NCBI GenBank assembly: GCA_003151825.1
Contig: PLYO01000031.1
Location: forward strand, 4,096 to 68,095
Source: Ignavibacteriota bacterium
GTDB lineage: Bacteria; Bacteroidota; Ignavibacteria; Palsa-1295
Length of the DNA stretch: 64,000 nt
Direction: 5' to 3'
Shown here: in pieces, positions 44,708 through 54,209 of the stretch
How positions within the stretch are numbered: position 1 is the stretch's first letter
Layout: every line of letters starts with the position of its first letter
Translations under genes and position numbers: made by a program
Notes under the pieces: generated by a model
Database searches by the model: none
What the model was told of the DNA's origin: nothing
What the model saw: the letters and a program-made list of their open reading frames with translations, nothing else

Positions 44708-46663
44708 TTAAAACATCACCAAATACCCCACTACCGCTAAAAGCCCGACGACGATCAGCACTGCGTAATTCTGCGCGATGCCGGTTTGAATGCGGCGAAT
44801 CGTTCCGGAGCCGATCTCCGTGATATGCGCCAGGCCGTTTACAAAACCATCGATGATCTTCACATCAACGATCTTCCATAAAAAGCTATTGCTGAAATTG
44901 AACATCGGCTGAACGATGGCCTTATCGTACATTTCATCGACGTAAAATTTATTATGCAAAAGCTGGTATCCACCGCCGAGCTGCGCTTCGTCCTTCGCAA
45001 GCGTCAGGCGCTTTTTGTAAAAACGAACCGCGAAACCTATGCCTAATACAGCGATGCCAACGGAGACAGCCATCAGTCCCCATTCGAGTCCGGCGCTATC
45101 TGCTGCACCTGCGACAAGCGAAATTTGCTCGCCGCGTTCGAGCACGGGACTCAGCCAGCTTTCGAACGCATTTCCGGCATGGAAAACGGAGGGCATTGCG
45201 AGAAATCCGCTAACCGTTGCAAGCGCGGCAAGCACGACGAGTGGCAGCCACATTTTCCAATCCACTTCGTGAGGCGGATGATGCTCGGCATCGAAGCGTG
45301 GCTTACCATAGAATGTCAGAAAAACGAGGCGGAACATGTAGAATGCTGTCATCAGCGCAGCAATTGCACTGATAAGCCATAGCACAATCGAACCACGGCT
45401 AAATGCTTGCCATAAAATTTCGTCCTTCGAGAAAAATCCGGCGAATGGCGGAATGCCTGCAATAGCAAGCGTGGCGAGGAAGAATGTCCAGAATGTGATG
45501 GGGAGATATTTTTTCAGTCCACCCATTTTCTGCATATCCTGCTCGTGGTGCATCGCATGAATGACCGCGCCAGAGCCTAAGAATAAACATGCTTTGAAGA
45601 ATGCGTGTGTCACGACATGAAAAACTCCAGCCGTGAACGCACCCACTCCAAGCGCGAGGAACATATATCCCAACTGCGAGACGGTCGAATACGCGAGAAC
45701 TTTTTTAATATCATTCTGGAAAATACCGATCATCGCGGCGAAAATGGCGGTCACCGCTCCAATGGCCGCCACCACGCCAAGTGTTGTTGGTGAAAGCGCG
45801 AAGAGGATATTCGATCTTGCAACGAGGAAAATACCACTCGTTACCATCGTCGCCGCATGGATAAGCGCGGAAACGGGCGTTGGGCCGGCCATGGCATCCG
45901 GTAGCCAAACATACAGAGGAATTTGCGCGCTCTTGCCGCAGCAGCCTAAAAACAACATTAGTGTTATTAATGTGACGTATGGGTCGCCATTGGACACATG
46001 GCTGGCTGCGCCAGCTGTTTTTACACCATCAATGATATTGCCGCCAGAGCCGAGGACATCAAGATAATTTAGTGACTGAAACAGCCACAGCATAATACCC
46101 ATCGCTACCAAAAATCCGAAATCGCCAATGCGGTTTACGATAAATGCTTTTTTTGCGGCATCGTTATTTTTATCTTCATCGTACCAGAATCCGATAAGGA
46201 GATAGCTGCAAAGGCCGACTCCCTCCCATCCTAAGAACGTCCACAAATAGTTATCGGCCATGACAAGCTGGAGCATCATGACGATAAAAAGATTCATATA
46301 GACGAAGAAGCGCCAGTAACCACGGTCGCCCTTCATATAGCTGATGCTGTACAGATGGATGAGCGCGCCTACACCCGTAATAACCAGCATAAACACGATC
46401 GAAAGCTGATCGATGAGATACGCGATATTCACCTGCACGCGCCCGACGTGAATCCAATCCAGCATCGTGTAATGGATCGCGCGCTGATCGGCGGGACGGG
46501 AGAGCATGTCGAGGAACAGCCCCGCCGTGATGATAAAGCTGATAAAAACAGCAATGGTAGCAATCCAGCCCGCCATCTGGCCCTTCATCCGAGAGCCAAA
46601 AAGCGTATTGATCACGAACGCCGCGAGCGGAACGAGAACGATATATGGAATTAGGTCAGTCAC
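44708..46663 (-). CDS. nuoL: NADH-quinone oxidoreductase subunit L
   Basis: GWEGVGLCSYLLIGFW, WLPDAMAGPTPVSALIHAATMV. Confidence 0.96.
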   Translation of the reverse strand: MTDLIPYIVLVPLAAFVINTLFGSRMKGQMAGWIATIAVFISFIITAGLFLDMLSRPADQRAIHYTMLDWIHVGRVQVNIAYLIDQLSIVFMLVITGVGALIHLYSISYMKGDRGYWRFFVYMNLFIVMMLQLVMADNYLWTFLGWEGVGLCSYLLIGFWYDEDKNNDAAKKAFIVNRIGDFGFLVAMGIMLWLFQSLNYLDVLGSGGNIIDGVKTAGAASHVSNGDPYVTLITLMLFLGCCGKSAQIPLYVWLPDAMAGPTPVSALIHAATMVTSGIFLVARSNILFALSPTTLGVVAAIGAVTAIFAAMIGIFQNDIKKVLAYSTVSQLGYMFLALGVGAFTAGVFHVVTHAFFKACLFLGSGAVIHAMHHEQDMQKMGGLKKYLPITFWTFFLATLAIAGIPPFAGFFSKDEILWQAFSRGSIVLWLISAIAALMTAFYMFRLVFLTFYGKPRFDAEHHPPHEVDWKMWLPLVVLAALATVSGFLAMPSVFHAGNAFESWLSPVLERGEQISLVAGAADSAGLEWGLMAVSVGIAVLGIGFAVRFYKKRLTLAKDEAQLGGGYQLLHNKFYVDEMYDKAIVQPMFNFSNSFLWKIVDVKIIDGFVNGLAHITEIGSGTIRRIQTGIAQNYAVLIVVGLLAVVGYLVMF

Positions 46664-46666
46664 GAA

Positions 46667-46969
46667 TTACCACTTCAAAATATTAACTTTCGTTACATCC
46701 ACGGTCTGCTTATTGCGGAAGAGCGAAATAATTATTGCAAGGCCGACCGCTGCCTCCGCTGCTGCAACGGTCATTACAAAAAAGACGAGAATCTGTCCGG
46801 TTTGATCACCTAAAAATTGGGAGAACGCGATGAGCGTGAGGTTAACGGCGTTCAGCATCAGCTCCACGCTCATAAAAACGACGATCGCGTTGCGCCGAAA
46901 AAGCACGCCCGCCGTACCGATCACAAAGAGGATCGCCGAAACCGCAAGATAATGACTTAGAGGCGCCAT
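46667..46969 (-). CDS. nuoK: NADH-quinone oxidoreductase subunit K
   Basis: [23 protein letters not shown]. Confidence 0.96.
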   Translation of the reverse strand: MAPLSHYLAVSAILFVIGTAGVLFRRNAIVVFMSVELMLNAVNLTLIAFSQFLGDQTGQILVFFVMTVAAAEAAVGLAIIISLFRNKQTVDVTKVNILKW

Positions 46970-46975
46970 TTAATA

Positions 46976-47014
<39 letters not shown>

Positions 47015-47059
47015 CTTTGGCCCATTTGTCCCAAAAGTCCCATCCGGCTCACTGAAAAG

Positions 47060-47569
47060 TTAAACAAGTTTTTTCTTCGCCAAAATAATAGCCCCCACCG
47101 CTGCCGAAATAAGTATCAACGAAGCCATCTCGAATGGAAACGAATATCCGGTATAAAGCGCGCGACCAATGGATTCCGTAGTGCCAAGCACACCGGCCAT
47201 CGGACTGATGGATTTCGGCAGCTTATCCTCCGACATGAAGATCATCGCAAGAATTTGAGCGAGCACGCCGAGCACTGCCAGAATGCCGACCATTGCCTTC
47301 CAATTATTAGTGATTCGAATATCCTCGCTCTCGAGATTGAGCAGCATGATAACGAAAAGCACCAGCACCATAATTGCGCCGGCATAGACCGCAACTTGAA
47401 CAACAGCAAGGAATTGCGCCGATAAGGTCAAGTAAATTGCAGCAAGGAAGCAAAACGTGAGTACGAGCATCAGCGCGCTGACCACGGCGGATCGGCGCGT
47501 AATCGTAAGCAGCGCGAAGATAATCGCGCCCGCGCTCAAGACATAAAATGCAATTTCAGGCAGTGGCAT
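47060..47569 (-). CDS. nuoJ: NADH-quinone oxidoreductase subunit J
   Basis: QVAVYAGAIMVL, PFEMAS. Confidence 0.95.
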   Translation of the reverse strand: MPLPEIAFYVLSAGAIIFALLTITRRSAVVSALMLVLTFCFLAAIYLTLSAQFLAVVQVAVYAGAIMVLVLFVIMLLNLESEDIRITNNWKAMVGILAVLGVLAQILAMIFMSEDKLPKSISPMAGVLGTTESIGRALYTGYSFPFEMASLILISAAVGAIILAKKKLV

Positions 47570-47647
47570 TCGGAAATTTGTAGAACGAAGTCTTACAAAT
47601 TTACGAACAATTAGGACGAGATGCGAAGATTAAGGACTTTTTTCAGA

Positions 47648-47780
47648 CGTCATTGCGAGAAGTCCCGGAGGGACGACGAAGCAATCCATTGAGATTACGC
47701 TTGCTCTCACGAGATTGCTTCCCTCGTTCCTCGGGACCGCTTCTTCGCATCGCCGACGATGCACGCTCCTCGCAATGACG
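47648..47780. repeat. Multi-arm palindromic element, type B, intergenic
   Basis: CGTCATTGCGAG...CTCGCAATGACG; inner stem GAAGCAATC/GATTGCTTC. Confidence 0.88.
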
Positions 47781-47807
47781 TTCTTGAAAATCTTAATGAG
47801 GTGCTCT

Positions 47808-48428
47808 CTACCTAAAATACCCCACAAACCCGATCGAAGGTGTGGGAAGTATGTCGCCTGATGGCATGAAGGCGGTGAACATGAGGTTCAACGTCATCCC
47901 GACATTACGTCCATAAGGAATTTCATATCCTAAGCCAAATCCGAGACGGTACGGCGAATTAAGCTCATTCCCGCTCGCATTATTGGTATTCGAATTATTA
48001 CTATTCGAGCCATAACGATTCGAGTTATCTTCATTCGAGCCATCGTTGTAATAATAATACCCTCCGCCGGCGACGAGATAAAGACGAGTCACTCCTAAAA
48101 ATAGATCGTACTGAAGTTCCGCGCCGATGTCGTACATCCCGACATTGCCATCTTTGAATGGCATCCCGGTGATCTGAATTGCAATCGGGCTGTATGGGAG
48201 ATGATCTTTCAGCGTCAGCCCCACGCCGGAGACAAAGCTCGCGCCGAAACCGACGCCATAATAATTATCCGCAAAGACGTGCTGAACGCCGGCCTCGCCT
48301 GCGGTGATCGTCGTTTGACCGAACGCCGGACCGCTCGAAAGCGAGATGACGAGAATGGGAATTAATAATGCACCGAACCTGAATGACTTAACAGTATGCG
48401 ATTGTTTTTTTATGTTCATCATGGCCAT
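47808..48428 (-). CDS. Small outer-membrane beta-barrel-like protein with Asn-rich loop
   Basis: Signal peptide, alternating strand pattern, NSNNNSNTNN loop. Confidence 0.7.
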   Translation of the reverse strand: MAMMNIKKQSHTVKSFRFGALLIPILVISLSSGPAFGQTTITAGEAGVQHVFADNYYGVGFGASFVSGVGLTLKDHLPYSPIAIQITGMPFKDGNVGMYDIGAELQYDLFLGVTRLYLVAGGGYYYYNDGSNEDNSNRYGSNSNNSNTNNASGNELNSPYRLGFGLGYEIPYGRNVGMTLNLMFTAFMPSGDILPTPSIGFVGYFR

Positions 48429-49771
48429 ATTCTTGTTAGCGTCCTCGGAAATGGAATCGCTTCACGAATATGCTCCAGATCGCAGACCCACATGACTAAT
48501 CGTTCGAGTCCGAGTCCAAAACCGGCGTGCGGAACGCTTCCATATCTCCGAAGATCGAGATACCATTCAAAGACGGATTCCGGAAGGCGATGTTCCACTA
48601 ATCGGGCCTGCAACTGGGTTAAATCGTCTTCACGCTGGGAACCGCCGATAATCTCGCCAAATTCGGGGAAAAGTACGTCCATTGCAAGCGCCTTATCCGG
48701 CTCGTTCGGATCGCGCTTCATGTAAAACGCTTTTACAGCGGCGGGATAGTGGTGAACTATTACCGGCACATCGTAGAGTGAAGTAAGTGCGATTTCATCA
48801 TACGCGCCGAAATCATCGCCGTATTCGAATCGCTTGAAGGTTGGCGGTAATGGGTCGCCGGACGCAAGTTTTTCATCCCAATATGTGTCGAGAATTTTTG
48901 CGGCCTCATCGTAATGCATTCGGACGAATGGTTTTAGAATACTTCTGCATCGCGCTTCGAGCCGGCCTGAGTTTTCATCTAAAGTTCCAAGCTCGGCAAG
49001 GCGCTCTGCGAGAACTTTACCTATGACATAATGAATGAACTGTTCCGCAAGCTCCATGTCGCCTTCTAAATCCATGAACGCAACTTCCGGCTCGACCATC
49101 CAGAATTCGTTGATGTGACGCTTCGTCTTCGACCGCTCTGCGCGGAAGGTTGGGCCGAATACATAAACCTTCCCGAACGCCATCGCGCCGGCCTCGCCAT
49201 AAAGCTGACCGGATTGCGAGAGATAGGCCATCCCTTCATCGAAATATTTGGTTTCGAAAAGCGTGCTGGTTCCCTCGGCAGCATTTGGTGTGAGAATCGG
49301 TGAGTCAAAGCAAATAAAATCCCGCTCATGAAAGAATTCCCGAATCGCCCAAATGATGGTATCACGAATTTTCATCGTTGCCCACGGACGCGAATGCCGT
49401 AGCCACAGATGCCGATGCTGCATCAGATATTCGATCCCATGCTCTTTCGGCGTAATGGGATAATCGGTTGCGATTGAGATCGTTTCGAGCTTGGAAACGA
49501 ACAGCTCGACATCGCCGGGAGCCTTCCCTTTCGCTTCCTGCACTTTACCGGTCACGGCAAAAGTCGATTCCTGCGTCAGCTCATTGGCAAGAGCGTAACT
49601 GGCTTCGTCCACCGCGTTCTTCATTACGACGCACTGGCACACGCCGGTGCCGTCGCGGAGCATCAAAAATTGTATTTTCCCGCTCGATCGCTTATGCGAA
49701 AGCCACCCGCGCAGGGTTACTTCTTCGCCAACTTGCTTGCTAAGATCGCCGATATAATCCGTTTGTATCAT
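48419..49771 (-). CDS. asnS: Asparagine--tRNA ligase
   Basis: LRDGTG, YLSQSGQLY, GPTFRAE, EIIGGSQRE, PHAGFGLGLER. Confidence 0.95.
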   Translation of the reverse strand: MIQTDYIGDLSKQVGEEVTLRGWLSHKRSSGKIQFLMLRDGTGVCQCVVMKNAVDEASYALANELTQESTFAVTGKVQEAKGKAPGDVELFVSKLETISIATDYPITPKEHGIEYLMQHRHLWLRHSRPWATMKIRDTIIWAIREFFHERDFICFDSPILTPNAAEGTSTLFETKYFDEGMAYLSQSGQLYGEAGAMAFGKVYVFGPTFRAERSKTKRHINEFWMVEPEVAFMDLEGDMELAEQFIHYVIGKVLAERLAELGTLDENSGRLEARCRSILKPFVRMHYDEAAKILDTYWDEKLASGDPLPPTFKRFEYGDDFGAYDEIALTSLYDVPVIVHHYPAAVKAFYMKRDPNEPDKALAMDVLFPEFGEIIGGSQREDDLTQLQARLVEHRLPESVFEWYLDLRRYGSVPHAGFGLGLERLVMWVCDLEHIREAIPFPRTLTRIWP

Positions 49772-49888
49772 GCCCGTTAAACCCTGATTCGCGCAAAATC
49801 CGTTCAAATAAAGAATGTCTGAACCATGATTTATGAGATTTAAGGGATTTTTGAGAGAAGAATCACGTTTCGGTGCCGCTTGGCAGTA

Positions 49889-49927
49889 CGAATTTTCATA
49901 ATTCATAATTCATCATTCATCATTGCC
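49889..49927 (-). repeat. Inverted copy of the 39-bp heptamer element
   Basis: Reverse complement is GGCAATGATGAATGATGAATTATGAATTATGAAAATTCG. Confidence 0.8.
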
Positions 49928-49931
49928 ATCA

Positions 49932-50003
49932 GATCCCGTAGCTCAGTGGTAGAGCATCTGACTTTTAATCAGAGGGTCGTCGGTTCGAGCCCGCCCGGGG
50001 TCA
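49932..50003 (+). tRNA. tRNA-Lys (anticodon TTT)
   Basis: Acceptor GATCCCG/CGGGGTC, D arm GCTC/GAGC, anticodon arm TCTGA-CTTTTAA-TCAGA, GGTTCGAGCC T loop; no encoded CCA. Confidence 0.93.
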
Positions 50004-50014
50004 CAAAAATTTGT

Positions 50015-50040
50015 GGAATTCACCATGAGATTAGACCGTT
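50015..50040 (+). promoter_or_regulatory. ECF-type promoter-like motif GGAAT-N17-CGTT
   Basis: 3 nt after the duplicated tRNA end and 9 nt before ATG 50050. Confidence 0.55.
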
Positions 50041-50049
50041 CTATCGAAT

Positions 50050-50331
50050 ATGATAAGTGATAAAGAAGCCATTGAAAAAGCTGCCGATTATTTGAAATCG
50101 CTGTCATCAGAGTTGCCAGGTGGTTTGTTAGACCGTCCCGAACGTGTTAGGCTTGAATCCATCAAGCAAAATAATGGGGGATGGGAAATTGTTTTAAGCT
50201 ATTTTACCAAAGCTACCAAACGAAAGCCGGAATGGGTTAATGTGCTTGAAGGCGTTAGACGATTTAAAGAATTTACCGTTAATGCTAAGGGTCAGATCGT
50301 TGCAATGCAAGATCCGACATTAGTCGCATGA
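50050..50331 (+). CDS. Small hypothetical protein, probable PIN partner
   Basis: 93 aa, ATGA overlap with the PIN-like gene. Confidence 0.7.
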   Translation: MISDKEAIEKAADYLKSLSSELPGGLLDRPERVRLESIKQNNGGWEIVLSYFTKATKRKPEWVNVLEGVRRFKEFTVNAKGQIVAMQDPTLVA

Positions 50332-50828
50332 ATTACGATATTCGTTTTGGGGGACGCGATATTCTTCTCGATACCAATCTTTTGGTGATCCTCGTCGTTG
50401 GTTATACTCATCCGTTATTACTACAAAAAGCTCGATTTTCTGGATATACTATTCTTGATTTTGAATTGCTTCACTCGATTGTGAGTGCATGCCGTAAATG
50501 CGTTACTACCCCTCATATCATTGCTGAAGCAAGCAATATTCTTAAAAAAGCTGGAGGGCACGCAGACGATTGCCGGGAAACGCTCGGAAGAATTCTTGGG
50601 TCATGGAAAGAACGTTATTTTGCCAGCGAGTCGTTATTAATGGGGTCTGATAATAAGATTTCGCTCAGACTTGGAGTCGCCGATGGAAGTACCTTGCAGG
50701 TCGCAAAAAAAGGAACTATCATTTTAACGGCTGATGCACCACTTGCTGCGTGGCTCAAGCACAGCGGGCACACCGTTTACGAATATTCCATTCTTCGACA
50801 ACTTCAAGATAAGCTAATTAGATCATAG
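50328..50828 (+). CDS. PIN-domain protein
   Basis: ILLDTNLLV, TTPHIIAEASN, GVAD, ILTAD. Confidence 0.82.
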   Translation: MNYDIRFGGRDILLDTNLLVILVVGYTHPLLLQKARFSGYTILDFELLHSIVSACRKCVTTPHIIAEASNILKKAGGHADDCRETLGRILGSWKERYFASESLLMGSDNKISLRLGVADGSTLQVAKKGTIILTADAPLAAWLKHSGHTVYEYSILRQLQDKLIRS

Positions 50829-50835
50829 CCAAAGA

Positions 50836-50910
50836 ATGATCGTTACCGTCGATAAAAATTCGGGATTTTGCTGGGTCGTCGGTTCGAGCCCGCCCGGGGT
50901 CACAAAAATT
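50836..50910 (+). repeat. Chimeric junction: ispH first 40 nt fused to the tRNA-Lys 3' end (38 nt)
   Basis: 50836-50875 matches 54210-54249 at 39/40; 50873-50910 matches 49974-50011 at 38/38; GGG is shared. Confidence 0.95.
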
Positions 50911-50990
50911 GGCTTTTTAGAAGCTTACGGTATTATTGTGTTTTTATTTGATTTTGCTGGCGGAACCCATTTCCTTCGTATTTTTGTATC

Positions 50991-51821
50991 ATGGTGAACC
51001 AATTAACCGCGAAGTACCTAATGAAAATAATCGTCATTCTCCTGCTCATCGTTGCGACGGCATCATCCGCCTCCGCTCAATCTTCGACCCCGGAGACTAA
51101 GATTCTTGGCCCTTACGTGCTCAAGCAGCAAAAATCTACACACCTGTACTCCGGTCTTACGAATACGTTGTTTGTGTCGGTAACTAAATTCGTCGGAGAT
51201 TATCGCTTGGATTTCTTCGTCGGCGGCGAGAAAACTAATTTTTCCGAGAATGATCCGACGATTAAGGTCACACCCGTGCTCGGTAAAGATGAAGGCAAAA
51301 CAGGAATACTCAAGGTAAGCGTTAAGAAACCCGGTCAACATTCATTTGCGGTTATTCGTGAGGACACTTTCAAAATTGAACCACCTCCATTATTTGCTGT
51401 TGCTGAAGGCGACCTCGAAGAGGGTGATCCACTTCTTATTAAGGCATGGCTTGGTACTATGGACAATCCGATCGAACTTCCAAAAGGACTACAAATGGAA
51501 GCCGTTCCGGGCTTCTTCGATGGAGGTGTCGCCAATATTACCGACAAAGGAACTATGGAAAATGGGGGCGATTCCTTCTTTGGAGGGGATAAAAGGAATG
51601 ATTCCCATCACACGATTGCAACAGGTGCCGAGCCAGCAACAACTGGACATCATTTCTTCTTTGATTTTATGCCATCGCAACAGCAAACAAAAGTAGTTCA
51701 AAAGATGGGAAAGGAGCTTAACGTCACTGTGATTGATCCCCTCACCGGCCAAGCACGCACATTCCAAGTTGCAGTATACCCGAAGAGAATGGGCGTGGAA
51801 TCGGATGCGCCTGAGAAGTGA
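50991..51821 (+). CDS. Secreted hypothetical protein
   Basis: Signal peptide MKIIVILLLIVATASSASA (start may be 51021). Confidence 0.75.
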   Translation: MVNQLTAKYLMKIIVILLLIVATASSASAQSSTPETKILGPYVLKQQKSTHLYSGLTNTLFVSVTKFVGDYRLDFFVGGEKTNFSENDPTIKVTPVLGKDEGKTGILKVSVKKPGQHSFAVIREDTFKIEPPPLFAVAEGDLEEGDPLLIKAWLGTMDNPIELPKGLQMEAVPGFFDGGVANITDKGTMENGGDSFFGGDKRNDSHHTIATGAEPATTGHHFFFDFMPSQQQTKVVQKMGKELNVTVIDPLTGQARTFQVAVYPKRMGVESDAPEK

Positions 51822-51832
51822 ATTGGGGCGTA

Positions 51833-51858
51833 GGAACGGCTGAGACTTGCTGCTCGTT
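51833..51858 (+). promoter_or_regulatory. ECF-type promoter-like motif GGAAC-N17-CGTT
   Basis: 12 nt before ATG 51871. Confidence 0.55.
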
Positions 51859-51870
51859 CGTCACGATGTC

Positions 51871-52107
51871 ATGAATAAAAAGAATGTTCAAGCCTTTGCA
51901 AAATGGTTTTCGGCGAAAGGAATTCGTCCCGATTGTCCCCAATGCGGATGGACTAACGTTAACTTTGATCTTCTAACTGTAATAGCCCATGAGCCTTCAC
52001 ATGAAGAGAATACGCATCACCACCATTTGCTCGCACTTAGGTGTCCAAATTGTGCAGCAGTGCGACTCTTTGATGCTGAGACGATGGGGATAGTTGTACC
52101 GGGTTAA
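51871..52107 (+). CDS. Small zinc-ribbon protein
   Basis: CPQCG and CPNCA pairs. Confidence 0.7.
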   Translation: MNKKNVQAFAKWFSAKGIRPDCPQCGWTNVNFDLLTVIAHEPSHEENTHHHHLLALRCPNCAAVRLFDAETMGIVVPG

Positions 52108-52124
52108 GATTGAGCTCTTCAATC

Positions 52125-52472
52125 TTACGACATACGTACGGGAGGCCTGCGAGCAAGCCCAATTTTCAAGGCTCTAAAAAATCGCGTATAGCCACAGGCG
52201 GCACAACTAACGGCAATAAAATCGCTGTCAGGAAATTGCATTTCTCCTCGCGCATAATCAATTGCGGGAATAGAAAACCTCGCTGATTCCGTACCCGCTT
52301 CTTTGCCACACTGCGAACAAACTCGCGGTACGGTTGAAAGGAACTTCCCTAAGATTTCATGCTCTTTTTGAGTAAGAATGAAATCGGGCTGCGCCTCATT
52401 CTCTCCGTAGGGTTCTCGTGTGCCAAAATTATTCATAATCATCAAACGAAATAGAGAGTTCTTAGCCCTCAT
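52125..52472 (-). CDS. Small zinc-ribbon protein
   Basis: CSQCG and CAACGYTRFF; start uncertain. Confidence 0.65.
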   Translation of the reverse strand: MRAKNSLFRLMIMNNFGTREPYGENEAQPDFILTQKEHEILGKFLSTVPRVCSQCGKEAGTESARFSIPAIDYARGEMQFPDSDFIAVSCAACGYTRFFRALKIGLARRPPVRMS

Positions 52473-52571
52473 TTCAAAAATAATCCGATAACAGTTTCCA
52501 ACTCCGAAATTGAAAAATTTGGTTCAGAGTCAATGCGAAGGATGAGTTCCCATCGGCCCTGAACCAATTGG

Positions 52572-52805
52572 TTAGTGTTTCCCATAAGTTTCCGTCTGCT
52601 CGTGGCAGGGGATACAAAGAGCCTCACAATTAGAAAGCCCATCATGCCCCAAAGAAGCTTGAGCAGTCTTATGATGAGCGTGCCAGTTTGTTCCATACAA
52701 CTGAGTGTTGCAGCGCCCAGAATGTACGTGTCCCAAACGTGTGCATTCGCAACGATTGCCAGCCCTCTGTAGAGCTTGCATTCTTACACTTTCACTAAAA
52801 GCCAT
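52572..52805 (-). CDS. Small HNH endonuclease-like protein
   Basis: RCEC...RC...HAHH...G.DGLSNCEALCIPCH. Confidence 0.8.
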   Translation of the reverse strand: MAFSESVRMQALQRAGNRCECTRLGHVHSGRCNTQLYGTNWHAHHKTAQASLGHDGLSNCEALCIPCHEQTETYGKH

Positions 52806-52957
52806 GTTTTTATGGTTTACCCATTCACTCTCGGTGTAGATCGGTGTTTCCGATTCACCCCAATATGCCGCGGGTCACAGCACACAGTGCAATATAAAAC
52901 ACTGGATTGTGACATAAGTTCATGCTTCCTGCCATTTTGGCATGAAAAATTCCACCC

Positions 52958-53326
52958 TCATTTCGGCTCCCATAACTCGATGGGATTGCCCTCCGGATCG
53001 TTCAAACGAGCGAACCGTCCGTAGGGAGTCATCTCCGGATCGAACGTGACTTCGATCTTGGAAGCGCGAAGCTGATCTACCAGCGTGCCGAGATCGCGGA
53101 CACGAAAATTGATCATCCACTGCTTTTCGGCATTCCCAAAATACTTGGTATCCTCCGGGAACGGTGAGAAGACGGTTGTCCCTGCCTCCTGCGTCCACGG
53201 CTCCTGGCCTTCCCCTGTCGGAACAGGATCGATACCGAGATGTTCCTTATACCACTGAGCGAGTGCGGGTGCATCCTTCGCACGGAAGAACAGCCCACCA
53301 ATTCCAGTAACATGTTTATTTGCCAT
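52958..53326 (-). CDS. VOC/glyoxalase family protein
   Basis: VTGIGGLFFRAKD, MINFRV, DPEGNPIELWEP. Confidence 0.9.
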   Translation of the reverse strand: MANKHVTGIGGLFFRAKDAPALAQWYKEHLGIDPVPTGEGQEPWTQEAGTTVFSPFPEDTKYFGNAEKQWMINFRVRDLGTLVDQLRASKIEVTFDPEMTPYGRFARLNDPEGNPIELWEPK

Positions 53327-53428
53327 ATTTTGGAAACCAGTTTGTCAAAATAAAAAGTTGCTTTATTTCGGTAATGGTGTCATAATTGGCGTGGATGCCG
53401 CAATTTCGCATGTCGTTGGCCCCTAACC

Positions 53429-53548
53429 ATTTCACATCTCTTAAAGGCTGAGGATGCTGTTGAACTTGATCCTACGAAATTGACGATTGATGGGCACGTT
53501 GAGCGAGTGTACGAGTTGGCAAAAGCCATGCTGGAATTATTGAAATAG
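53429..53548 (+). pseudogene. Probable 3' remnant of cytidylate kinase (cmk)
   Basis: ISHLLKAEDAVELDPTKLTIDGHVERVYELAKAMLELLK* resembles the Cmk C-terminus (SPL.KA.DA...DTT..TI...V). Confidence 0.6.
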
Positions 53549-53566
53549 CATAATGCTTATTAGACT

Positions 53567-54157
53567 ATGAGCAAAACTGCGGTCGCACTGTTTTTTCTGA
53601 CTATTGCAGTTCCGACAATGAGTCAGACTGTCTCGCGAACACCGGTCGCTTCAAAGGATAGCGCGATAATAGCCACTGAAGATTCGCTTGCAATAGTTGA
53701 AATGTTTGCTCGGCGGCATCCAGAATCACCGTTTCTCAAAAGAGATATTGCAATCGGTGGGTCGCTTGGAACTCCTGGCATTGTGAATTTTATTGCTGAA
53801 GGATATTATGACCGCGTGGGTCTGCGCATTGAAGGAGGAGCTATGTTAGTATTACTTGCATTTGGCGCTGGATGGCAAGCCGATGTTAGCTATGTGCTGT
53901 TGAGAGGCTCCGATTACCTTCTGGAATGCTCGGCAATATATTTCAAAAGCATTTTTACAAGCTTCGATGCCGGCGAGACAACATGGTACAACGGAATAGG
54001 CGTAGGCATGGGAGTAACTTCAGGACCTATTTTTCTCCAATTGGGAATCGGGCATACTCGTTCGGGAGACCAGTACACCGCGGAGAATCCCAATAAGATA
54101 CTTATCAATGGATTGCCAATGAGTGGGCAAGTTGGCCTTATACTTCCATTGCATTAG
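53567..54157 (+). CDS. Secreted/outer-membrane hypothetical protein
   Basis: Signal peptide and Gly-rich beta strands. Confidence 0.7.
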   Translation: MSKTAVALFFLTIAVPTMSQTVSRTPVASKDSAIIATEDSLAIVEMFARRHPESPFLKRDIAIGGSLGTPGIVNFIAEGYYDRVGLRIEGGAMLVLLAFGAGWQADVSYVLLRGSDYLLECSAIYFKSIFTSFDAGETTWYNGIGVGMGVTSGPIFLQLGIGHTRSGDQYTAENPNKILINGLPMSGQVGLILPLH

Positions 54158-54209
54158 CTGACAGGTGACACCTTAACGATTTTACAGCTGTGCTTGTTTA
54201 GATTTATTA

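Noticed and set aside
50950-50966. GATTTTGCTGG followed by CGGAAC as a second ispH start remnant
   Set aside because: Only an 11-nt match and the upstream sequence does not align; suggestive but unsupported
52867-52879. GCCGCGGGTCACA as another tRNA 3' end copy
   Set aside because: Too short and lacks the T-arm sequence
50004-54209. Prophage or integrase-encoding island at tRNA-Lys
   Set aside because: No integrase, phage structural or replication genes are recognisable; only small cargo genes
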